Below are positions 1 through 9,020 of a stretch of DNA of 64,000 bases, piece by piece. The translations under genes and the position numbers were made by a program. The notes under the pieces were generated by a model. That model saw only the letters and a program-made list of their open reading frames with translations. It searched no databases and was not told the origin of the DNA. The first letter of the stretch is position 1; each line of letters opens with the position of its first letter. Source of the DNA: an uncultured Candidatus Poseidoniales archaeon (lineage in GTDB: Archaea; Thermoplasmatota; Poseidoniia; Poseidoniales; Poseidoniaceae); assembly GCA_964587885.1 (NCBI GenBank), contig CAZPME010000008.1, forward strand, positions 1 to 64,000, given 5' to 3'.

Positions 1-3000
1 CAAGGACATCGCACAAAGTTCAGCAACAGGTTCCGCTCTTTACATCGGTGCCAACGCAATCTTGAAGATGACTAATGGTGGAGTCGTATATGGATTAGCA
101 GCAACATCTGTTGATATGGCAACTGTCAAAATTAACGGCGGAACCCTAACAGGAGATAATGGTTCAATAATCAATAGTGGTGGAACCGGTATTTGGTTTG
201 AAAATACTCAGTCGGCAATGGCTAACCTAAAGGTTTCTGGCGCTGATGTTGGAATCAAGTCGCACAATGCTGCACCTCAGTTAGATGGCTTCGAAGTCAC
301 CGGCAGTGATGTTGGTGTGGATGTTTACGGTGGAATGAGTCTACCTATGCTCTATCGCTCGACCAGTCTATCTGGAATGAATGCTGGATGGAATACCTAC
401 TCATTCGATATCAGTCAGTTCATGGACAAGGACTACTTGCAATTAGGATACAACAGTGTTTGGGCTGGCGGTAACGCTCACCCTCGCTACAACTATGCTA
501 CATCCAAGTATTACATGATGACCGACCGAATGTGGGTTGAATTCGACCTAGACACAACTGGCGATGGGGTAGCTGATACCACATACAACCAATCCTCTCG
601 AACCGCAGCTATGCGAACTTCGGCTGGCTTCTACAATGGCCACGATGGAGCTGGTGGACAGCTTGGTGGTGGTGGTTCAGATACCAGCGGTGAATATGCC
701 GGCTACAACTACTGGGATTGTAACTTGTATGCCTATAATCAAAATCCTTCTTACCAAGACTATGGTTACTGGTATTACTTGGTTAATGCCAATTACCAGA
801 ATCAACAGGGTATATCAGGAGCTTACTCCCAAAACGGAAATTACTACGGCGCCGGTGCTGAACCGACTAATTTCGGCTACCGTGTTGAGCCTGTAGATGG
901 TTTGTCTACATCTTCATCATTGTACTATCCTTACCATTATTGGGGTTACTACTACAATGCATTCAATGCATATAACAACCCTGCATTCTACCCGCCTGAG
1001 GGCTTTAATGGATTGTTCGGTGGTTACAACATCTGTATGGATTATGTTTACACCTACTATACTACACCAGGTAAGCTAGAGGGTTACAGAATCGCTATGC
1101 CGATTATTGATACCACCAATAATGGTGACGGTGCTTCTAACCCTGGAGTTGACGGAACAGTTGTCGGAGCAACGATGAATATCGATTTCTTCCACAACCG
1201 TGCAGATAATTATCAAGACCGCATTGAATTAGTCATGCGATCAAGCAATGATGTCACAGACATGGGTAGTTGGGCTCGTGAAGCCGGTACCCCTCTGTTA
1301 AAGGATGGATTCATCAACGGTTCAGATACTGGAATTGAAATCGGCGGAAGTTATGCCGCTGCATCATTTGAAAACGTGGATGTAAAATCACCGACCTCGA
1401 CCGGCTTTGAAGTGACTGGATCAGCGTTCGTTGATGTTGATGGTTTGGAAGTTACTGGCGGAAACTATTGTGTGAAGGCAGGACTGACCGCGGCAGGACG
1501 AATGGATCTCAGCAACTTAAATTGTCAAAGTCAATTAGTTGCAGGAGTTTCTTACCTACGTGATATTTCTGGAGATTTCTCCGGAGTGATTACAGGAAGT
1601 GCTGGATCAGCAGTAGAATATGGTTCAGCGACAAGTGCTAACCATGAATATGCAAATTTGAATTTGAATGCGAATGGAGTTGGTATGACTTTGGGAGGTA
1701 AGGGTCATTTCACCTTTACCGACTGTACTTTCACCAATACTCTCGATCTTTCGGTAACGGGTTCAAGCTCAGCATTATTCATTGATGGAACTATTGATGA
1801 CAACTTGACTTCGGTTACTGGTAGTGGTGTTATTAAGCGTGCCCGCTCGTTGGACATGTCATTAACCGAAACTACTGCTTCAACGACAGGTGCAGTAGCC
1901 AATGCCAAGATTATGTTGATGGATCCAGAAGGCCAAGTTACCGGTAGTTCAACTACTGATTCTAGTGGCGATGCCAGCGGACTACTCTACCACACAATGG
2001 TAAGGGATAATACAGGAGCAACATGGCCAGACCTATCCGGTTATACCGTGGCGACTACTGCAAAGATAGCATATACATCTTCAAAAATGGATTTCCGTTA
2101 CAAGTCTGGATCGGTAACTCTTGATCCAGATGCCTCTTCCACGGGCTCTCTAGATTTGGCTGAAAGTGACATTATTCCGAATCGGATTTGTTATTCTTTC
2201 TCTTCAGCATCATATCTGATGCTAGCATCCTGTCGAGGGTCAATGAGTACTGGTGGCAGCAGGTCATATGATAACAACGGCGATGGAACAGATGACGCAT
2301 GGGAATATGGTTACTATGGTGCGACTCCGAGAGATATGTCGGGCAAAACTATAATGGTTGATGTACCCTTTAACTATGTCCCCTCCGACAGCAATTCAAA
2401 CACCAAAAATAATTGGAACGATACCACAATATTAGTTACAGGTATTTACACATTCAATATGTATCAGCGCTGGACCTCTACAAGTCCATATAACTCACAC
2501 TTGTACATGAATAACACCACCATTTTGACAATGGCTGAAGATGACGGTGAATTAGGTGGACTAATGCTTGGATACTATGCATGGTCTGATATCAACCCGT
2601 GGGTTACTAATAGTACCATCACTGGTTTGACGAGCATCGCTGCAGGTCGTGAAAACCCTAACTGGGATCCCGATCACTTCGTCGTCGCAGACAACACTCT
2701 AATCTACTCTGGTGGACTACAAGATCCTAAGAACAGTTTCGCAATTCATGAAATGTGTATCAGTACCGCTGGCATCCATAATTCGATTATTACCAATAAC
2801 GATATTGTTGGTTGCCCAATTGGTGTAATGATGCGTAATATTGTCTATACCTACTATTTTAATCAAAATGTATGGGGTCCTGATGACTCGGTCATCTCTG
2901 GAAATAACTTTACAGATACAGGATCAATATCAACTTGGTTCTATTTCTCCTATGGCGATGATATCGTAGTGTCTGACAACAAGTTCAGTGGTTCTACCGC

Positions 3001-6000
3001 GCCGAATTACCAAATTTATGGACAGAGTCCATGGACCACCAGATTGACGATAGATAACAATGAAATTACCTCAGGTTCCCAGCCGATTTATTTGCGAGGA
3101 ACATTGGATTATGATGTCAAGAATAACAACATCACCGGTGACCGCAATCAAGCACACCCAGGAATTTACACCTTGAATGGATATGGTTCGATTTCTGATA
3201 ACACCTTGACTGACGCCGATGGCGGAATTATGGTCGATGGTGTACGCAGTGGTCAATCCTTGTCGGTAACCGGCAATACCATCGCTCCTTCTGCTGGCCG
3301 CACTGCACCTGGTGCAGTCGGAATTTGGGCTGAAGACTGTGGTTCATCCACACTTGAGACCGGCGGAAACGATGTCTCGACCATCATGAATGGTCTAGTA
3401 ATCGATGGTTGTTCGGTTTACGATACTGGTTCCAAGTTTACTGGCTCCGGTGGAGTAGGTGGAGCATCTTGGTCTGTTGACGTTATGGCGTCATACTACT
3501 CTCCAGAAAACGTAACCATCAATGATGGCGATTCGATACGATGGAGAGCCAAGGAGTACTACAACAACTCCGGTACTGGTGAGACTCACACAGTTACCTC
3601 AGACGATACCGACGGATCTGGTTCACCACTCTTCGATAGTGGTACTATGAACTTAGGCAGTACATTCGCCTACACGTTCACTTCACCAGGAACCTACGGT
3701 TACCATTGCAGTCAGCACAACTGGATGTTCGGTAACGTGACGGTTTCCTCAACGGGTTCAGCTTCGTTTACTGCCAATGGAATCAATGTTTTGTCCTCGG
3801 GCAACAGAGTTCTCACTTTGAATGGAACTGAAGTAACTGGATACAGTACCGGTCTAAGTATGTCCGGCGGTTCACTAGACCTAACCGGCGATGCAAGCAT
3901 CGGCGGTGTCGGCTATGGACTTGACCTCGACGATGTCGATGTCTCTTCAAGTGGAGCCTCAGTCAGTGCTAACGCAAATAGCGGAGTCGGCCTATACCTA
4001 ACTAATGGTGGAAGCCTAGACCTAGGTGATTTCAGTACCAACGCCGCATACGGTGTCTACACCGACGGAGTTGACTTCAATTGGAATGGCGGAGAAGTAT
4101 CGGGTGGAACAGCCCTCTACGTGGATAACCGCGCTGAAGGTGATTTCCAGAACATCAGTTTCGCTACTGATTTGAACCAGCAAATTTACGCTGGAGCAAA
4201 CACCATAATTACCAGCGTAGGTAACAGTTTGGATGACACCAAAATTGGAATCCATTCAACTGCAATTATTCATGAGGCTAACCTCTTGACTTTGAACACC
4301 GATCGTAATGAGGATTACACTGATCTAACGCCACCAACCGCATCTGCGGACCTTGGTTTGATGATTACATCAACCGATGGTAGTAAGGCAGCATACGTCA
4401 GTTCAACACTACGAGATACCTCGCCGGATATTGACGGAGATATGGCTGAGTGGCTAGCAAACCCACTCAATCCATCTGACGATATGATGCCTGGATTAAT
4501 GTCAGGTGATGCGAATGATGGAATGTCGGTAACTTGGGATGCACAGAATCTGTATCTTGGAATTACCGGAGCAGACATGGATGCGAGCGACTTAGTTGTT
4601 TACATCGGTCACGGCTCCTCGGGAACCTCTAATACCCTACTTTGGGATAACCAGCAACATACAATGCCATTCTTGGCTAACTATGCTTTCTGGGCTGAGG
4701 ATGGAAGCAACCCGCCAAAGGATGGCGACACGACTTTCACATGGGGATTGAAGAGCTGGTCGACCGGTACCAATACTTGGTCGGATACCTCTGAAGGATG
4801 TGGATGGAATAAGGACAGTGCCTATATCGGTTGGTCAAGTAATAACGTAACTGAAGTAGCTATACCATTGTCTTGTATCGGTTCGCCAAATGGCGAAGTC
4901 CGAATGCTTGCAACTGTGTTGAACGAGAGCGATGGTGAAGTAAACACCGTGCACCCAAGCCCTGAAGGATTTACTCTTGCTGGTGGTAACGAAACCTTTA
5001 CTGGTTCGTTATCTATCACCACAGGACAACTCAATCTTGGCGACGGTCAACTCAATGACTACCGTCTAATTTACCGCAGTTATCTCGGTACAACTACCGC
5101 AGAAGAAGGCAAGAATTACGACGTAATGGTTGTCGGTGATGCACCATGTGCAGAAGATTGGGGAACAGCAATGAACATCTCAATGGCAGCAAATGCAGAA
5201 GAGGACATTACAATTCATCGTGCGTGTCCATTTATCGCGGCACCATCGTTCGTAACTGTAACTACTACAGGAAACAACCTAACCGGAACTGGATTTATGA
5301 TTGGATTCGAAGATATGCCAATGCAGACGATTCCATTGACGCCTTACGGTGTTGATGAACAAACTTCCGCTGTTGATATCAATTGGGAAATTACTGACCA
5401 TCCTAACCCAGCGTTCGCACCGACGAGCCTACTATCCTACTACCAATGGGGAGAAAAGGGAGTAACCACTTTCGAGACTGGTGTGACCGTTGACCACGAT
5501 GGTGATGACCCTGATGGCGACGGGTTCTCCGATTCCAGCGACGGAAGCGGTTCAGTAGCTGCGACACCAGAGATACTTGAATGGTATGACCACGATGGCA
5601 ATGCATCTACACCTCCTGTGGCACACTTCATGCCCGCTGGTGACAATCAGCTGGTTAATCTCACGGTTAATGCGAATCAATTCTCTGCCCCACCTACGGG
5701 TACAGGATACAACGTCAAGTTGGTAATCACTGATGAGCATGGATTGACGGATACCGGTTACCTAACTGTTATCATCTTGCCAATTAACGACGCTCCAGTC
5801 ATCTGGAATTTCGGTCACCCGACCAATGCTGACCTAACACAAGCGTTCAACCCACTTACCGGTGCACCTACCGCATACTGGGTTGGCAATGAGCCGATCT
5901 TCGTTACCGACAGTAGCGCTAATGCTAACATCGTCGATGAGGGTCACGGAACTGTGCCTTATCCATTAGGTAGTAAGCCATATGGCCTTACCGCAGATAC

Positions 6001-8131
6001 AACATACATCTTCGACCAAATGAATGAGCAACCGCAAACCTACACATGGGGAGCGAGCGTTCCAGCAGCTTGTGAAGCCTTTGGAGTATCAATTTCGAAC
6101 AACTCGGAATTGTTAATTGCAGAGAATATCGAAAACCAAGAAGGTGGCGAGTGTGCTATCACACTAACACTGTCGGATGACGGAACTGATGCGTTCCCGA
6201 TATCTTACATACACCCGTTATTGGGAGTAGATATCTATGGATGGACATTCAACGACGCACAGCCTAAGTCGGTTAATTTCCGCATAAACCCTGTTAACGA
6301 TGCCCCGTCAATCCACAGCTCTTTTGATGCTGCAATTGGCCGTGAAATCGTCGATGGAACTGGAGAAGCAATCGATCTAGAATGGGCAATTACCGTTCAA
6401 GAAGATACCACTGATGTTGATTTGTTGACATTCAACCTATCACAGATGAAGGCGGATGTTGACCATAATGCGGATGATGTTTATTGGACCTTTGAGCGTA
6501 ATTATGTTGAGCAAACAGACGGCAGCGCACCACAACTACAATGTGAGTATGACAACTACTTCAGCGACATTTCTATCGACGGTGACGAGATGTCTTTCAC
6601 CTTGATTCCTGACGCGACCACCAATGCTCCACCAGAGCAGGTCGACATGATGGATGATGGTGGAATTCACCAATTACGTCCAGACAGCGCAGAAGGATAT
6701 TGTTTCATCGAGATGTATGTGCACGATTCAGCAATCGCACCAGCGTACATCCCGAACTACAACACCTTTGATACTGCTAACTACGTGCAAGAGAGTTCTT
6801 CGACACCTCAACTATTGAAGATTAAGGTCAACAACGTACTAGAGCCTGTACCAGACTACTACTTCGATGCTGATGCATCAGGTTCAATGTTCAACTTCCA
6901 TGGCGTAAGTCACGTTATATCTGGAACTGAAGTACCTGTCTCAGTCGATATCGTAGCAGGTGGCTCAGCGCCACCTAACGCAGATGGCACTTACAAGTAC
7001 GACCATGTTCTCGAAGTTACGTTCAAGTCGGACGGTCACTCTGAGGGTGACAAGACCGCAGGACGAACCATCTTCGTCGACCCACCAGCGCACGGTGAGA
7101 GAATCACTGTTACGCACCCTGGTGTCGAGATTTTGGATTCATCGAGAAAGGTTTCAGTCTACGTGGATGTTAAGACTTGCACAGCTGAATCATGTCCAGC
7201 ACCAACAAATGTGACCAAGGACGATTTCGTCAATGACGATCCAGAGGCTCACGTTTGTGCTGGCAAGAATCAATCTTGGAGTTGTCCTGGACTGTTCCAA
7301 GAGTTGGCTGACAGGCGAACTGCGCTTGAGGACCAAAACTTCACCAACAACATCATGACCAATATGGCTCCACCAACTGATCTTGCAGCAGGTGCAAAGT
7401 GTTCAAGCGATCACCCATACCTATGTCTCTCGACCGGGCAGTCCTTGCCTGAAGTCGTAGACACCAAGGGACTTGCTTCAGTACCATCGTTTGCTCCAAG
7501 TATCATGATGGTCAGCCTAGTAGGAATGTTCGTAGGAGCATTGTTGAGCATGGGTCGCCGTGATGAAGAAGACGACTATGAAGAGATTGTAGACGATGAT
7601 TCTGCAGTCAGCCCAGTAATTGCCACCATCTTGATGGTAGCAATTACAGTTGTTTTGAGCGGTGTAATCTACGTGTGGGCATCATCACTTGCCAACACAG
7701 ATGCGAAGACAGTTCCACGACTTGGAATGAAGGTCGTTGATGTCAACCCAGAATCGCCTGATGGCTACTGGAGACTTGACGTAACTGACGCAAAGACCGA
7801 GTTGTCGAGCCAAGGAGTAATCGTTCAACTAGAGTGGGGTGGCGGTGTATATCAGACCAGTCTGACTAACACTACCAACTACGGATTCGTTCCGACTAAT
7901 GTCCCTGATAAGTTGAGAGCAAATGCTCCGGTCGTTGTTACGTTTGCCGACAAGGTTGAGTGTGATGCTAATGGAAACAATTGTTTCACCACCTTCGGTG
8001 TTGGTGACTCGATTCTAATCGGCACCCACGATACCAATGGCGACAAGATGAACGATGTCAAGGTGACGCTAAGATATGAGCCAGGTGCAGGCGCTGCAAC
8101 AGTATTGCAGACCTTTACCGGCTTGAACTGA
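1..8131 (+). CDS. Giant secreted/cell-surface protein, 5'-partial (reading frame open to window edge, so longer than 2689 aa). Modules seen: parallel beta-helix (PbH1-like) repeats, Tyr/Asn-rich low-complexity insert, amicyanin-like cupredoxin domain, cadherin-like (NDAP) modules, CBM9/DOMON-like module, C-terminal TM helix followed by an archaeal pilin-like hydrophobic segment plus a small globular domain.
   Basis: ORF track 62..8131 has no in-frame stop upstream to nt 2. Repetitive 'NNxITG/SGNxF/DNxI' beta-helix turns; 'HTV...YGYHCSQHNWMFGNV' type-1 Cu ligand set; 'INDAPVI' and 'VNDAPSI' cadherin-like motifs; N-x-S/T sequon-rich; C-terminal 'SIMMVSLVGMFVGALLSMGRR' TM, then 'VSPVIATILMVAITVVLSGVIYVW'. 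Confidence 0.85.
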   Translation, partial: KDIAQSSATGSALYIGANAILKMTNGGVVYGLAATSVDMATVKINGGTLTGDNGSIINSGGTGIWFENTQSAMANLKVSGADVGIKSHNAAPQLDGFEVTGSDVGVDVYGGMSLPMLYRSTSLSGMNAGWNTYSFDISQFMDKDYLQLGYNSVWAGGNAHPRYNYATSKYYMMTDRMWVEFDLDTTGDGVADTTYNQSSRTAAMRTSAGFYNGHDGAGGQLGGGGSDTSGEYAGYNYWDCNLYAYNQNPSYQDYGYWYYLVNANYQNQQGISGAYSQNGNYYGAGAEPTNFGYRVEPVDGLSTSSSLYYPYHYWGYYYNAFNAYNNPAFYPPEGFNGLFGGYNICMDYVYTYYTTPGKLEGYRIAMPIIDTTNNGDGASNPGVDGTVVGATMNIDFFHNRADNYQDRIELVMRSSNDVTDMGSWAREAGTPLLKDGFINGSDTGIEIGGSYAAASFENVDVKSPTSTGFEVTGSAFVDVDGLEVTGGNYCVKAGLTAAGRMDLSNLNCQSQLVAGVSYLRDISGDFSGVITGSAGSAVEYGSATSANHEYANLNLNANGVGMTLGGKGHFTFTDCTFTNTLDLSVTGSSSALFIDGTIDDNLTSVTGSGVIKRARSLDMSLTETTASTTGAVANAKIMLMDPEGQVTGSSTTDSSGDASGLLYHTMVRDNTGATWPDLSGYTVATTAKIAYTSSKMDFRYKSGSVTLDPDASSTGSLDLAESDIIPNRICYSFSSASYLMLASCRGSMSTGGSRSYDNNGDGTDDAWEYGYYGATPRDMSGKTIMVDVPFNYVPSDSNSNTKNNWNDTTILVTGIYTFNMYQRWTSTSPYNSHLYMNNTTILTMAEDDGELGGLMLGYYAWSDINPWVTNSTITGLTSIAAGRENPNWDPDHFVVADNTLIYSGGLQDPKNSFAIHEMCISTAGIHNSIITNNDIVGCPIGVMMRNIVYTYYFNQNVWGPDDSVISGNNFTDTGSISTWFYFSYGDDIVVSDNKFSGSTAPNYQIYGQSPWTTRLTIDNNEITSGSQPIYLRGTLDYDVKNNNITGDRNQAHPGIYTLNGYGSISDNTLTDADGGIMVDGVRSGQSLSVTGNTIAPSAGRTAPGAVGIWAEDCGSSTLETGGNDVSTIMNGLVIDGCSVYDTGSKFTGSGGVGGASWSVDVMASYYSPENVTINDGDSIRWRAKEYYNNSGTGETHTVTSDDTDGSGSPLFDSGTMNLGSTFAYTFTSPGTYGYHCSQHNWMFGNVTVSSTGSASFTANGINVLSSGNRVLTLNGTEVTGYSTGLSMSGGSLDLTGDASIGGVGYGLDLDDVDVSSSGASVSANANSGVGLYLTNGGSLDLGDFSTNAAYGVYTDGVDFNWNGGEVSGGTALYVDNRAEGDFQNISFATDLNQQIYAGANTIITSVGNSLDDTKIGIHSTAIIHEANLLTLNTDRNEDYTDLTPPTASADLGLMITSTDGSKAAYVSSTLRDTSPDIDGDMAEWLANPLNPSDDMMPGLMSGDANDGMSVTWDAQNLYLGITGADMDASDLVVYIGHGSSGTSNTLLWDNQQHTMPFLANYAFWAEDGSNPPKDGDTTFTWGLKSWSTGTNTWSDTSEGCGWNKDSAYIGWSSNNVTEVAIPLSCIGSPNGEVRMLATVLNESDGEVNTVHPSPEGFTLAGGNETFTGSLSITTGQLNLGDGQLNDYRLIYRSYLGTTTAEEGKNYDVMVVGDAPCAEDWGTAMNISMAANAEEDITIHRACPFIAAPSFVTVTTTGNNLTGTGFMIGFEDMPMQTIPLTPYGVDEQTSAVDINWEITDHPNPAFAPTSLLSYYQWGEKGVTTFETGVTVDHDGDDPDGDGFSDSSDGSGSVAATPEILEWYDHDGNASTPPVAHFMPAGDNQLVNLTVNANQFSAPPTGTGYNVKLVITDEHGLTDTGYLTVIILPINDAPVIWNFGHPTNADLTQAFNPLTGAPTAYWVGNEPIFVTDSSANANIVDEGHGTVPYPLGSKPYGLTADTTYIFDQMNEQPQTYTWGASVPAACEAFGVSISNNSELLIAENIENQEGGECAITLTLSDDGTDAFPISYIHPLLGVDIYGWTFNDAQPKSVNFRINPVNDAPSIHSSFDAAIGREIVDGTGEAIDLEWAITVQEDTTDVDLLTFNLSQMKADVDHNADDVYWTFERNYVEQTDGSAPQLQCEYDNYFSDISIDGDEMSFTLIPDATTNAPPEQVDMMDDGGIHQLRPDSAEGYCFIEMYVHDSAIAPAYIPNYNTFDTANYVQESSSTPQLLKIKVNNVLEPVPDYYFDADASGSMFNFHGVSHVISGTEVPVSVDIVAGGSAPPNADGTYKYDHVLEVTFKSDGHSEGDKTAGRTIFVDPPAHGERITVTHPGVEILDSSRKVSVYVDVKTCTAESCPAPTNVTKDDFVNDDPEAHVCAGKNQSWSCPGLFQELADRRTALEDQNFTNNIMTNMAPPTDLAAGAKCSSDHPYLCLSTGQSLPEVVDTKGLASVPSFAPSIMMVSLVGMFVGALLSMGRRDEEDDYEEIVDDDSAVSPVIATILMVAITVVLSGVIYVWASSLANTDAKTVPRLGMKVVDVNPESPDGYWRLDVTDAKTELSSQGVIVQLEWGGGVYQTSLTNTTNYGFVPTNVPDKLRANAPVVVTFADKVECDANGNNCFTTFGVGDSILIGTHDTNGDKMNDVKVTLRYEPGAGAATVLQTFTGLN

Positions 8132-8162
8132 GCAAAATAACAGGCGCTAGCCGCTTGTAAAT

Positions 8163-8226
8163 GGAGGCGTGGGCTTCCGAGACCTGCGGGTCTCGGAAGC
8201 CCATACCCCTCCACTTTTTTCTTTTC
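8163..8226 (+). terminator. Long GC-rich hairpin (GGAGGCGTGGGCTTCCGAGACC-TGCG-GGTCTCGGAAGCCCATACCCCTCC) followed by a T7/T4 tract. Putative intrinsic terminator of the giant gene.
   Basis: Near-perfect inverted repeat read directly in the sequence, immediately 3' of the stop at 8131, followed by 'CACTTTTTTTCTTTTCT'. Confidence 0.5.
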
Positions 8227-8336
8227 TAAGTGGTTATTTTGGTGATCACGTTCTTCCCATTTCAAGAGACTAAGAGCCTGACTAATCTGTGGTGAAGTAT
8301 TCATAGCGGGCCGTCTTGGTCCGGTTGGGTCAATCA

Positions 8337-9017
8337 ATGTTGAAGTGTGTCGCCTTTGATTGCGATGGCGTACTTGTCGATGCCGTATCCTCATGGCGTA
8401 CATTGCACGACCATTTTGGCACCAATAGCGATGAGGCCTTTGCTGCCTTCTTACGCGGTGAAATCGATGATCAAGAATTCATGCGTATCGATATTAAATT
8501 GTGGAAAGCAGTTTCACCACGTATCCATCGCGATGAAATATTTCGTGCCTTTGCAGGGGTGAAATTGATGAGTGGAGCCAGAGCAGTTGTCGAGGCCCTT
8601 AAGGAAAGAGGAATCTATGTGGCGATAGTTTCAGCTGGAGTAGATGTATTCGTCTCGTCGATTGCAGCAATGCTTAGTGCGGATGACTGGATTGCCAATG
8701 GCTTCGAATTTGATGACGATGGTTGGCTTGGTGACGAAGGTATTGCGAGGGTTAGTGGTTCAAGGAAGGATTTGGTGATTGCCAAATTATTGGAACAAAA
8801 TGGCTTTACTGCAAACGAAGTAATCTCTGTTGGCGATAGTGATATTGATTTATCGATGCGTATTGACGGTAGCAAATTTATCGGCTTCAATCCCTCACGC
8901 CAGCGTAGTATCGATATGTTCACCTCTGCCGGTGTACCAATAATCAATGACAAGGACTTGCGAGCGATTTGGCCGGAATTATTTCAAGGTGAAGAATTTC
9001 CAGAAGGTGAGTTGTGA
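8337..9017 (+). CDS. HAD-superfamily hydrolase (phosphoserine-phosphatase-like, HAD-IB).
   Basis: Motif I 'FDCDGVLVD'; 'SAG' motif II; Lys-containing motif III; 'GDSDID' motif IV. ATG at 8337 preferred over the TTG at 8316 used by the track. The stop lies 3 nt before the start of the next gene. Confidence 0.75.
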   Translation: MLKCVAFDCDGVLVDAVSSWRTLHDHFGTNSDEAFAAFLRGEIDDQEFMRIDIKLWKAVSPRIHRDEIFRAFAGVKLMSGARAVVEALKERGIYVAIVSAGVDVFVSSIAAMLSADDWIANGFEFDDDGWLGDEGIARVSGSRKDLVIAKLLEQNGFTANEVISVGDSDIDLSMRIDGSKFIGFNPSRQRSIDMFTSAGVPIINDKDLRAIWPELFQGEEFPEGEL

Positions 9018-9020
9018 TTT

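Noticed and set aside
7550-8131. Treating the pilin-like segment as a definitely separate gene.
   Set aside because: No stop codon separates it from the giant ORF, so the sequence as given encodes a fusion. A nested start is kept only as an alternative hypothesis in the findings.
636-8403. Numerous 60-175-aa ORFs on both strands nested inside the giant gene, e.g. 636-896, 3071-3256, 5403-5740, 7879-8403.
   Set aside because: All lie inside a continuous 8-kb coding frame with clear domain structure. They are low-complexity antisense or alternate-frame translations with no start context.
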